From NCBI GenBank assembly GCA_963822945.1, contig CAWGJO010000037.1:1-64000 (forward strand): DNA of 64,000 bases, in the 5' to 3' direction. Within the stretch, counting starts at the first letter, position 1; the number at the start of each line of letters is the position of its first letter. The notes beneath the pieces were generated by a model, which saw nothing but the letters and a program-made list of their open reading frames with translations, searched no databases and was not told the origin of the DNA. Positions 53,077-63,246 of the stretch are shown here, piece by piece. This stretch comes from an uncultured Gemmatimonadaceae bacterium. Lineage in GTDB: Bacteria > Gemmatimonadota > Gemmatimonadetes > Gemmatimonadales > Gemmatimonadaceae. The translations under genes and the position numbers were made by a program.

Positions 53077-53229
53077 TCGCCAAGCGGTGGGCGCGGGACC
53101 ATCGGTGGCAAGCGATGCCGCGCTCAGCGGGCCCGCGGTGATGATCGAGCTTCAACTGGGGCGGTTCTGAAGCATTGGCCGCTGGGGGGACTCGCGAGCG
53201 AATGGTCCCGCGTGCGCGGCGCCATGCGT

Positions 53230-53465
53230 ACCCGATCGAGGCGTTTCGCATGAGGCCCGCCAGCATCGCCCGCTTCATCGCCGAGGCTTTGAACGCGGCG
53301 CGGAACTCGTTTTCGTTCATTGCGAGGATCTCAGTCGCGAGCGCCTTCGCGTACTTCTCCGTGATCACCGGCCGCGCCTGAATCGTAGCGTCCCGCAGGT
53401 CCCGCGTCCCGCGCGACTCCAGGTTCTACCGGCACACCTCCTGGGACGTGTGTCGACAGACCTGC
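53230..53465 (-). pseudogene. queG: queG 3' fragment (longest copy)
   Basis: QEVCR*N..IQARPVITEKYAKALATEILAMNENEFRAAFKASAMKRAMLAGLMRNA resembles the QueG CQEVCPWN...F...FKGS.MKR....L.RNA region. Confidence 0.75.
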
Positions 53466-53700
53466 ATTGCGATCGCGTTGGAGACGGGTGGGCGAACCAT
53501 CGCCAGGAGAGGGAGCTAGTGCGGCATCGCTGCAGAAGCCTTGCGTCCGCAGGGCGGCAGTGTGTGAGATTGCTGATGCGACGTGGGTATTGCCTCGCGC
53601 CGCCAGACAACTTGACGTCGGGAGCCAGCCGCTGATAGACTCGCTCCGTGGCTTCACGCAGCCGCATGAATCCGGCGACGACACCCATTCGCGATCACCG

Positions 53701-56106
53701 ATGACCCTCTTTGGAGAGGCGGTCTGGACGCTTCGGTCGCTCCGGCGCAATCTGACCTTCGCCGTAACGTTCGTCGCGGTGTTCGCCATCGGGCTCGGCG
53801 CCGGTACCGCCGTGGTCGCTGCCACCCGGGCGATCTATGGCGAGCGGCTGCCGGCACCGGCGCGTTGACGCTGGTCCGGATCTACACCGGGAATGCCGGC
53901 GCACCTGCCGCCAGCCCGGAGCGATTCGGCCGTAGCTCGATGCCGGAGATTCGCGCGTACGCCGAGGACAGCGCCGTGTTCCGTGCGGTCATCGCCACGA
54001 ACAACTTCTCGGCGACGGTGGGCGTCGGCGAACGGCGGCTGGCCGCTACGGGCTCCCTGGTGAGCGGCAACCACTTCTCCGTGCTCGGCCAGCGCGCGCA
54101 GCTCGGCCGCCTGATCGACCCCGACGACGATGCGGCGCGCGGGCGCGCCACCGTCGTGGTGCTGAGCGATGCGTTCTGGCACGCCTATTTCGGAGGACGC
54201 CGCAGCGCGGTCGGCGCCGTACTGCGGGTGAACGGATACCCGTTCACCGTGGTCGGCGTGGCGGCGCCGGACTTCCGCGGGACGGCGTTCGACTACACGC
54301 CCGGGTTCTGGGTCCCCATTGCCGCGCAGTCGGAGGCGTACGGCTCGCCCTGGGTGGTCGATTATCCCGATGCCTGGATGTTCGATACCTTCGCGCTGCT
54401 CCAACCGGGGGTCACACCCGTGCGCGCGGACGGGCACTGCAATCGCTGAAGCGGGGGCTCCACGCGCGGGCGACGACTGGTATGACCAGCGCGTCGCCAC
54501 GGTGCGATCAGGCCTCGACCTCGCTTGGCGCCTTCGACCGGCTGCGCCCACTCGTCGACCGGGTCAGCTGGCTTGTCGGCGCCGTCGCCATGCTTCTCAT
54601 TCTCATCGTGACAGCGAACCTGGCCATGCTTCTCGCCCGGCGCTTCGCACAGCACCAGCAGATCGCATCCAACTCGGCACTTGCGGCGACACACGAGCAA
54701 CTAGTGCGACAGCGGCGATCGAGACACTAGTCCTCACGTTCCCCGCCGTGGGCGCCGGGATCGTCGTCGCCCTGAGGCTCTCCGCGGTGTGGCCGCGCTC
54801 TTCCTCATGGCTTCCCCGGCCAGTCGGTTGTCGGCACCGCTGGCCGCCGGGCGGCCGCGACCGGGCTGGTGAGCGCGGCGTAGATGGCATCGCCTTAGCG
54901 TGGCGTGCGCCGCCCCGCTCACGGCCTGGCGCGCGGCCGGATGGGAGCACGGGTCGCGCGGCCGGCAGGTGCGTCACAGCTTCATGATCGCGCAGGTGGC
55001 CCTGGCGTTCGTGGTCGTACTCGTCGCGGCGTTCCTGCAACGGAGCGCCCACGCGCTCGCATCGGTGATCCGGGATCGACGTCGCAGACGTCCTACGGGC
55101 CGCGTCTACCTCTGGAACCGGGCGGGGTTCGACGCGGGCTCGATCGCTCGGTACGACGGAGTAGTGCGGCGACTGCGTCTGGATTCCCAGGTGGTGGACG
55201 CCTCCTCGGCTGCGCGCAAGTCCTTCGGGCTATGAAAACCGAACGGCGATGAGCGTACCGGGGCGTGCGCGGATTCGGGACAGGACAGCGTCGTCGCCTC
55301 GGCCACTGTCGGCATCCCAATACTCGCCACGCTGGGCGTTCCGATTCTCGAGGGGCGGGATTCGACCTGCGGGACACGGTCGGAGCGCCAGGGCAATCGT
55401 CGTCGATCGGGCGGCCGCACGGAACTCTGGTCAGGCGCAAGCGCGCTCGGTCAGGTGGTCCTCCATGCCGGCCAGCGCTTTGCAGTCGTCGGTGTCGTCG
55501 GCGACGCCGCCGCGCAAGACTGGACGCGCCTCACGTGCCGCGAGTCTACTTCGCGACTCCAGGCCCAGGGCTTCGCACCGCCGCACCAGAAGCTGTTCAT
55601 TCGGGTTCGCGGTCGGCGGACGCGGCCGGATCGCGCGCACGATCCAGCGCATCGCCCCGGGCCCCGCACGCGTCGAGCTGCGGACGTGGGGTCGATCCGC
55701 GACGATCAGTTCGGCGCGCTCGATGCGCTCGCGATCTCGTGGCGTCGATCGCGATCGTGGAGACGCTGTTGGCAGCGCTTGGCCTGGCCGGGCTCATGGC
55801 CTGTCTCGTCGGCCAGCGACTGCGCGAGACTGCCATCCGCCTGACGCTCGGCACCAAGCGGCGCTCGATTTTCTGGCTGCTGCTGCGCGATGCCGCGCGC
55901 TCAGTGCTCGCCGGAGCTGTGCTCGGCGCATTACTCTGGGGTCGTACGGCACGACTGGTCGCTTAGTTCCTCGCCCGAGCAAAGGGGTCGATCGATCCCG
56001 TGAGCGTCACCGCGTCGCTGGTGACGGTCATGACGGCCACGCTGGGGCTCGCAGCGCTGCCCTGCCTGAGCGGATCGCGACGGGCGCCCGTGTACCGGGG
56101 GAGTGA
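53701..56106 (+). pseudogene. ADOP-family permease, heavily disrupted
   Basis: LRSLRRNLTF, VSGNHFSVLG, ANLAMLLARR, AQVALAFV, ETAIRLTLG, DPVS scattered over all frames with stops. Confidence 0.7.
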
Positions 56107-56213
56107 GGAGGGGCGATCAATGCTGGACAGTGGGTCCACGTGCTTCGCTCCCACGGTTCGAAGGGAGCGAATGAGGCTTGCCATATGGCGAACCCCATGG
56201 GTACGCTTGGGGC

Positions 56214-56953
56214 ATGCGCAACTTCGCGTACAATCTGGTTCGGCGCGCGGCGGTCGTGGTCGCCGCGGTGCTGTGCCTGGGCGCTCCCAGCGTCGCCGCG
56301 CAGCAAGCTCCCGTGCGAGGTCGCGTCGTCGACTCCGCGGGCACTGCGGTGTCGCAGGCCGATGTCATTCTGCTGCCCGACAGCCTCCACACCACAACCG
56401 ATGGCACCGGCCGTTTCTCGTTCGGGCCGCTGGCCGCCGGCAAGCACATTCTGCGCGTGCGGCGTTTGGGGTTCGCCCCGGCATTCGTCCCGTTCATTGC
56501 GCCGCTGAACAGTGCCCTGGTCGTCGAACTGCCGCCGCTCCCGTAACGCTGCAGACGATCGTGACCAACGCGCTTTCAGGACGCCTGCCTCGCGTGATAC
56601 AGCGCGAAGAGGAACACCTGGGTGTGCAGCTCTATGGGCCGCGCCTGGACAGCCTGTTGCACCGCCACGAGGGCATGACCGTCGGGGAACTGCTGCCCTG
56701 GGATCGCGCTGTGGCGCTCAAGCTGATGTCATCCAGAGGGTGCCAAAAGGCGATCTATGTGGACGGCGACTCGGCCCGAGCGCCGATCCAATTCTACATC
56801 AGCAAGGATGAGATCGGGGCCATCGAGGTGTTCAATTCGCCCGACTTCATCCACGAGCCGTTCCTACCCCCGGATACCAAGGCCGGAAAGTGCGTGCAAC
56901 TCATCCTGATCTGGTCCAAGTACTACCAACAGCAGCCGTGGGGCGGTAAATGA
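56214..56953 (+). CDS. Secreted carboxypeptidase-regulatory-like domain protein (frameshift near 56540)
   Basis: Signal peptide, VRGRVVDSAG, TTDGTGRF, LRVRRLGF; C-terminal YVDG..IGAIEVF..C..ILIWSK. Confidence 0.65.
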
Positions 56954-56989
56954 ACAGCGCCGGACGGCCGTCGCGGTTCCGCTGAAGTC

Positions 56990-57095
56990 GTGCCGGCACA
57001 CCTCCCGGGAGGTGTGCCGACACACTGTATTGAGATCTCGTTGGCGAGCGGGCGGGAACTCCTGCGAGGACAAGCTGTTGGCGCGGAATCAAGGC
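56990..57095 (-). pseudogene. queG: queG-derived fragments including a perfect 26-bp palindrome
   Basis: CGGCACACCTCCCGGGAGGTGTGCCG (56994-57019; reads TSREVCR) next to VLAGVPARS/LANEI. Confidence 0.5.
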
Positions 57096-57245
57096 GATGC
57101 CGACCCGAAGGAACGGCTTGACGGTCCCCGATGGCTTTAGCAAAATGGAATCCGGTGCCGCGGAGCAGGGCACGATGAACTCCGCCGGAGTTCGTGCGCC
57201 GTCGGATCGCGATTGGCGCGAAGGCCGCAGCCTGGGGGAATCGCC

Positions 57246-59635
57246 GTGAAGGCCCTGGTGGACCGTTCCACGTTGCGCGCGCTCGCCCGCACACCGGGCT
57301 TCACGATCATGGTCATCGTGTCGCTGGCGCTGGCCGTGGGCCTCACGACCACCACCTACGGAATCGTTGACGCCGTGATGCATCCGTACGTGCCGTACCG
57401 TGCTCCCGAGCAGTTGTATGCGGTGCAGACCGATGCCTTCGACGTTTCGGATGACCTCCTGGCCGACATGGCGCGGTCACTGCGTGCCCAGCGTCAGCTC
57501 TACTCGGACTTCGCGATGGCCCTGGCGGCGCGGGCGCATCCGACGATCGGCGTTGCCGGACAGACGCTCGACGTCTTTCCCCAGGAAGCCAGCGTCAACT
57601 TCTTCGACGTGTTGGGTGTTCGCATGTTCGCTGGCCGCGGGTTCCGGCCGGAAGATCGCGACGCGCCCGACCGCGCGGGGGTGGTGGTGAGCTACCGGTT
57701 CTGGCGACGGTACCTGCACGGCGCCATGCCGCTGAGTTCGGTGCCCGTGATGGTGGACGGCCAGGCCTACACCGTGATCGGGGTGCTCGGGCCCGATGTG
57801 CGGCGCGGCGACGTGTTCCTCGCCATGCCGCGCGCCACCGAAGAGGGATGGTTCTTCGGCGCCGGGCCCGTCCTCAGGGTGCGGTCCGGCGTGACCGAAG
57901 CGCAGCTGACCGCGGCCCTCCGCCTGGCTGCGCGCCAACCTGAGCCGGAAGTACGGTCCCCAGCACGTGATTCGCTATGAGGTGCGCTCACTGGCCGGCG
58001 CCCCGCGGCAATTGCAACCCTTCCAATTCGCACTCTCCGGCGCCGCGCTGATCATTCTCCTGATCGCGTGCGCCAACGTCGCCAACCTGCTCATCGTCCG
58101 CGTCGTCACGCGGAGCGTGAAATTGCCGTGCGAATGGCGCTCGGCGCGTCGCGGCGTGACGTGGGGCGGTTCGTGTTCGGCGAAGCCATCGTGCTCGCCG
58201 TCGCGGGTGGTGCACTCGGGCTGCTGCTCGCGGCGTGGAGCATCCATCTGATCGAGTACCGGTTCACGATGGATGTGAGCCAGATCGGCCTCCTGCAGCC
58301 GCATTTCGACTGGCGGGTGGCAGCGGCATCTGCGCTGGCCAGCGCGCTCGTGGTGGTGCTCATCGCCTGGGGCGCGACGGTCCGCGCACGCGCCACGAAC
58401 GTGAACGAGGCGATGAAGGACGGCGCCGGCACGACGACGCAGCCGGCTCATCGCTCGCACGGATTGCTCGCGGTCACCGAGGTCGCCCTGTCCCTGGTGG
58501 TACTGATGGGGGCCGGCCTCTTGTTGCGCGCGAGTCAGGCCATCCGGCATTTCGACTTCGGCTACGACCCGCGGCACATAGTCTCGACGACGGTGGCGCG
58601 GCCGCGACGGGATTCGACCACGAGTCTCGGCGAGGAATTCTATGCCGACGTGCGCAACGGGATCCGCGCACTCCCCGGCGTGCGGGGCGTGGCCACGACC
58701 TACGAGGAAACGGTGCCGGCCAGCGCCGTGACCTCGGACGTGGGCGGTGCATCGCCGCGCGTGGCGCGCATCCCCACCTACTCGGTGGTCTCTCCGAGTT
58801 TTTCCATCTCGTCGGGATTGCGATCAAACAGGGGCGTGACTTCGAGCCCGGCGACGTGGACAGCGCCGGCGCGGCGATCGTGGACGAGACACTCGCCCGG
58901 ATGCTCTGGCCACACGAATCGCCGCTGCAACATCTGGTCAAGCTCGGTGGGCCGCGTTCCAACGGGCCCTGGGTCCGCGTGGTCGGCGTCGTCCCGCCCA
59001 TACGCTTCTCGTTCACGCCCGGCCGCGACCCCGACCAGGCAATGGCAGTGCATCCGAACGTCTGGGTAGCCAGGGCCGGGAGCGCGCACGGCGAGTACGA
59101 CGGACGGAAGCTGTTCATCCGTACCCGAGCAGACGAGGCCAGCGCCCTCGCCGGCGTGTCGCGGTATCTGCAGACCATCGAGCCGTGGAACCGACCCGTG
59201 TACCGGCCCATCCTCGAGCAATTCGACCAGGAGATGCAGCTCAGCCAATTTCTCGCGTCGCTGTTCGGGGCGCTCGCCGGCTTTGCCCTCCTTCTCTCGA
59301 CGGTCGGGTTGTACAGTCTGCTGAGCTACATCGTGGCGCGGCGCGGGCGCGAATTCGCCATGCGAGCCGCGCTCGGCGCCCGCTCGCGCGACCTGGTGCG
59401 GGTGGTCGTTCGCGATGCGATGCTGCTGATCCTGGGGGGTACTGCCGTCGGTGCGTTCGGCGCCATGTGGACCGGCCGAGTGATGGAGCACCTGCTGTTC
59501 ACGGTGAACCCGCTCGACGCACTCACCCTCGTGGCGGCCGAAGCCGTGCTCATCGTGATCTCGCTCGCCGCCGTCATCGGGCCGGCGTACCGGGCCACGC
59601 GGGCGGATCCCGTGGAACTCCTGCGAGCGACGTAA
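57246..59635 (+). CDS. ADOP-family permease (frameshifts near 57945, 58115 and 58800)
   Basis: LRALARTPGF, LLIACANVANLL, EIAVRMALGA, EFAMRAALGA, ADPVELLRAT. Confidence 0.82.
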
Positions 59636-59659
59636 AGGCGTGATGGCGCCGGTACCAGG

Positions 59660-59865
59660 GCTATCGGCTTCGCCCGCTTCATCGCCGAGCCTTTGAACGC
59701 GGCGCGAAAGTCGGCTTCTCTCATGGCGAGGGTCTCCGTCGCCGGTGTCTCACCGCGTCCTTCTCGCCGAGTGCCGCCCGCGCCTCGACCCTCGGCTCCC
59801 TCACATCCCTTGCGACTCCAGGATTCTACCGGCACGCGTCCGGGGAGGTGTGCCGACAAACCACA
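59660..59865 (-). pseudogene. queG: queG 3' fragment
   Basis: GEKDA/ATETLAMREADFRAAFKGSAMKRAK plus palindromic Cys-motif remnant at 59829-59856. Confidence 0.7.
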
Positions 59866-59960
59866 TCGAAATCGAACCGAGCACCGGACGCCGAGCCACC
59901 TCCGCCACATGAACTGAATCGACCAATCGCCCGTAACACGGCAACATTCCCGGCCGCGCG

Positions 59961-62600
59961 TTACCCCGCGTCGCCCTGAATGCTCCGTACCACGTCCTGG
60001 CGCAGCATGCGGCGGATCGGGAGCGCCATTCCGAACCCCATCACGACCAGCAGAGTGACCGCGACCACTCCCACCGGCACGAGCTGCATGGCGAACATCG
60101 GCTTTCCCGCGAACGGGTTCCGCAGGTAAGTGTCAGCGATGTAAACGGCGCGCGAGCCGAGGAGCAGCCCTCCAAGCGTCGCCAACAAGGCGACAGTGCC
60201 AAGGTCGGCGACGAGCGCACGGACCAGGCGGCGCGGAGTGGCGCCGAGAGCAACGCGGATGCCGAACTCCCGCGCCCGGAGCGCCACCGAGTAGGACGTA
60301 AGCCCATACACGCCTGCCACGGCGAGCACGAACGAGAGCGCCGCCATGAACGCGAAGAAGTAGGTCCGAGACCGTGCCTGCGCGCTCCAGCGGTCGACGA
60401 CGGCGGCGACGGGCTCCAGATCGCTCACGACGATGCGCGGGTCGATGCGCCCTACGGCTTCTTTCACGGCGCGGAGCCCGGTTGCCGGGTCTCCGACCGT
60501 TCGAATGCGGACTTCAGTCGTCGTGTGGCCGAGCGGTAGACTCTGTACGGTGTAGATCGGCGGCGTCAGGGGGTCGAAGTTCGGCATGTCGCGCACATCG
60601 GGTACGACACCGACCACGGTGAACCAGGTGACGCGGGCGGAGCCGTCGAGCGCGAGTCCGACTCGCCGGCCGATGGGAGCCCGATCGCCAAAGGTCCAGT
60701 GGGCCGTCGTCTTGGAGAGCACGATCACAGGGGCGTGCGCTTCGGCCTCCGCCGCCGTTGGAAGCCGGCCCAGGATCGGTTTGAGGCCCAGCGTCTTGAA
60801 GTAGCTCAGCGAAACGTCCTTCCAGGCCTCGGCGGCGTACAGGTGTGGCCGCCAATCCGGGTAGAAGCGAGCAGCGCCCGGTATGGGCGTCCGCACCACA
60901 GCCGCGGACTGAATGCCGGGGATGCCTTCAACCGCCTGGACGAGCGACATGGCGGTCTCCTGCGATGCGACGGTGTCGGGGACGCTCAGCCGGGCCGTGA
61001 GGACTTGTGAATAGTCGAATCCCGGTCCGGCGCCCTGTGCATCCCGATTGGCGACCACCAGGGCCGCCAGCATGGCCATACACGCCAGCGACAGTCCGAG
61101 CTGAAGCGCGACGAGACCGCGTCGGTTGCGGATCTCTCGCGAACCGCCCGTTGATGAAGATGCGCCGGACAGCACGGCTCGAAGGTCGGCGCGCGCGAGA
61201 TCGATGGCGGGCGCAAGGCCAAACAGCAGGCCGACGAGGACGGTTCCGGCAACGCCGAACGCCACCGTTGGCCAGTTCATCCGCGGCACCACCAGCATGA
61301 AATCCCGTCCGAACCAGAGACGGCGCGCGTCGAGGAGCCACTTTGCGATGACGATGGCAGCGGCGCCGCCGGCGGCCGCCATGAGCGCCGCCTCGATGGT
61401 GAGCATGCCTACGATGCGTCGCCGGGACGCGCCCAGGGCTACGCGTACCGCGATCTCCTCTCGGCGCCGCATGCCACGCGCGAGCAGCATCGTCGTGAAG
61501 TTCACGGCACCGAGCAGGATGATTACGATTGCCGCCGCAATCCAGAGGCGAATCAGGTTGCGGTAAGGGGACGTGACATCCCGGGCCAGCGGCAAGAGAT
61601 CCGCCACCGGGGTTTTGGCCAACCCGGCGACGATGCCCGCCTGATGGAATGCGACCGACACGTCGGCCTGGGCGCGGGCCATCGGGACGCCCGGCCGGAG
61701 CCGGGCGATCACAACGTTATTCTGCCATTTCCTGTCGGCGGGTGGCGTGGCCAGCCGCCGAAGGCTGTCGTGACCCAACGGGAGCCAAATGTCGGTGCCG
61801 AGTGGCAGGCTGAACCCCTGCGGCATTACCCCAACGATCGTCGCGTGCTGTCCATCGACAGGCACCGTGGTGCCAATCACGTCCGATCGTCCACCGAACT
61901 CGGAATGCCAGATGTCGTAGGAAAGAATGACGGGCGGCACGGTTTCATGCGCATCGTCTTCCGTAAACGCGCGCCCGAGAAGCGGGCGCACACCGAGAAC
62001 GTCGAAATAGTTCGACGTCACCGGAACGGACGATACGCGGATCGCGTAGCCGCTGGGGCCGAGGTCCGAGCCGGGTCCGTACTCCTGCGCGACCGCGACG
62101 CCGGAGAAGGAGCGCACTCGCTGCGCGGCCAGCGCATCACGCGCGGGAAGCACGGAGAAGAGCGAATTCATCTGCGGGTCGCGCTCGCGGACGATGACCA
62201 GCTCTGCCTGGCTGGGAAAGGGTAGCGGACGCAGAAACAGCGCGACCACCATGCTGAACACGGCGGTGGCGAGCGCCATGCCAAGCGCGAGCGAAAGCGA
62301 TGCGCCACCCACCGCTCCCGGGTGCCGCCGCAAGCGCCGCGCCGCGCTCGCCGCCTCGGTGAGTGACCGCTCGATCCACGGGAGTCCGCGCTGGTCGCGG
62401 TAGGCGTCGCGTGCTGCCTCGAGGCCGCCCGCGTGTACCATCGCGAGACGGCGGGCTTCGGATGGCGCCATTCCGCGGCGCACAAGCTCGTCGGTCTCCA
62501 GGGCGAGGTGCGCGGCGAACTCTTCGTTCATGTCGCCGTCGCGATGCGCCCGGCGGAAGAATCCGCCGACCCGGACAATGATTTCCCGAACTTTGCTCAC
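59961..62600 (-). CDS. ADOP-family duplicated ABC permease
   Basis: EEFAAHL..RRGMAPSEARR, EIAVRVALGA, EFGIRVALGA; GTG start overlapping the PadR stop. Confidence 0.9.
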   Translation of the reverse strand: MSKVREIIVRVGGFFRRAHRDGDMNEEFAAHLALETDELVRRGMAPSEARRLAMVHAGGLEAARDAYRDQRGLPWIERSLTEAASAARRLRRHPGAVGGASLSLALGMALATAVFSMVVALFLRPLPFPSQAELVIVRERDPQMNSLFSVLPARDALAAQRVRSFSGVAVAQEYGPGSDLGPSGYAIRVSSVPVTSNYFDVLGVRPLLGRAFTEDDAHETVPPVILSYDIWHSEFGGRSDVIGTTVPVDGQHATIVGVMPQGFSLPLGTDIWLPLGHDSLRRLATPPADRKWQNNVVIARLRPGVPMARAQADVSVAFHQAGIVAGLAKTPVADLLPLARDVTSPYRNLIRLWIAAAIVIILLGAVNFTTMLLARGMRRREEIAVRVALGASRRRIVGMLTIEAALMAAAGGAAAIVIAKWLLDARRLWFGRDFMLVVPRMNWPTVAFGVAGTVLVGLLFGLAPAIDLARADLRAVLSGASSSTGGSREIRNRRGLVALQLGLSLACMAMLAALVVANRDAQGAGPGFDYSQVLTARLSVPDTVASQETAMSLVQAVEGIPGIQSAAVVRTPIPGAARFYPDWRPHLYAAEAWKDVSLSYFKTLGLKPILGRLPTAAEAEAHAPVIVLSKTTAHWTFGDRAPIGRRVGLALDGSARVTWFTVVGVVPDVRDMPNFDPLTPPIYTVQSLPLGHTTTEVRIRTVGDPATGLRAVKEAVGRIDPRIVVSDLEPVAAVVDRWSAQARSRTYFFAFMAALSFVLAVAGVYGLTSYSVALRAREFGIRVALGATPRRLVRALVADLGTVALLATLGGLLLGSRAVYIADTYLRNPFAGKPMFAMQLVPVGVVAVTLLVVMGFGMALPIRRMLRQDVVRSIQGDAG

Positions 62601-62941
62601 GGGGCGGCGGTCCGGGGGCCGAGGAACCAGGCCAGAATCTCCGTCGTGGCGTGCCACTGGCGGGCCTCGTGTGCGAGGTGTCGCCGCCCGGCGGCGGTGA
62701 GCGTGTAGAATTTGGCGCGCCGGTTGTTTTCCGACTGTCCCCAGGAGGACGTGACGAATCCCTGCTGTTCCAGCTTGAGCAGGGCGGGATAGAGCGTGCC
62801 GTAGTTGAGCGAGAGCCGGTCGCGGCTCGTCTCCTCGATGCGGCGCGCGATGCCGTAGCCGTGAAGCGGTCCGAGTACGTCGAGCGTGCGCAGCACCATG
62901 AGGGCGAGCGTACCCTGCCAGACGTCGAGTTGGGCGGGCAT
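62597..62941 (-). CDS. PadR-family regulator (acidobacterial type)
   Basis: QGTL, LHGYGIARRIE, GTLYPALLKLE, NNRRAKFY. Confidence 0.93.
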   Translation of the reverse strand: MPAQLDVWQGTLALMVLRTLDVLGPLHGYGIARRIEETSRDRLSLNYGTLYPALLKLEQQGFVTSSWGQSENNRRAKFYTLTAAGRRHLAHEARQWHATTEILAWFLGPRTAAP

Positions 62942-62947
62942 GAGATG

Positions 62948-62968
62948 TCCTATTGGAAAGCAATAGGA
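62948..62968. promoter_or_regulatory. Probable PadR autoregulatory operator
   Basis: Perfect inverted repeat TCCTATTG-GAAAG-CAATAGGA, 6 bp upstream of the padR ATG. Confidence 0.7.
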
Positions 62969-63029
62969 ACGTACGAATCGCCCCCGTGGGCGGCAAGAGG
63001 CCGGCGGCGGGTGCGTTCAGCGGCCGACG

Positions 63030-63150
63030 GTTTGTGTCACAAGGGCACCGTTGCGCCGGAGGCCCTTTACCTTCGCCCGCTTCATCGCCGAGCCTTTGAA
63101 CGCGGACCGGAATCGGCGGCGCCGCCGACCTCCGGCACGTGGTGTGGACC
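63030..63150 (-). pseudogene. queG: queG 3' fragment with internal deletion
   Basis: FRSAFKGSAMKRAKVKGLRRNGALV; 35 bp identical to the 59668-59702 copy. Confidence 0.7.
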
Positions 63151-63246
63151 TTTCCGGCGAAGCATGCTAGCGTGAGGACACCACGCGCGCCGGCCGCCGG
63201 GCGCGCGTCGGGTGGTGCCGAACAACTCCCACCGAATCGTTCGGGC

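Noticed and set aside
52982..53368. 128-aa standalone protein
   Set aside because: It is the open part of a queG remnant lacking the N-terminal domains; the rest is non-homologous readthrough
53429..59856. Classical integron attC sites
   Set aside because: No RYYYAAC/GTTRRRY ends, no intI in the window, cargo in both orientations, and the repeats derive from coding sequence
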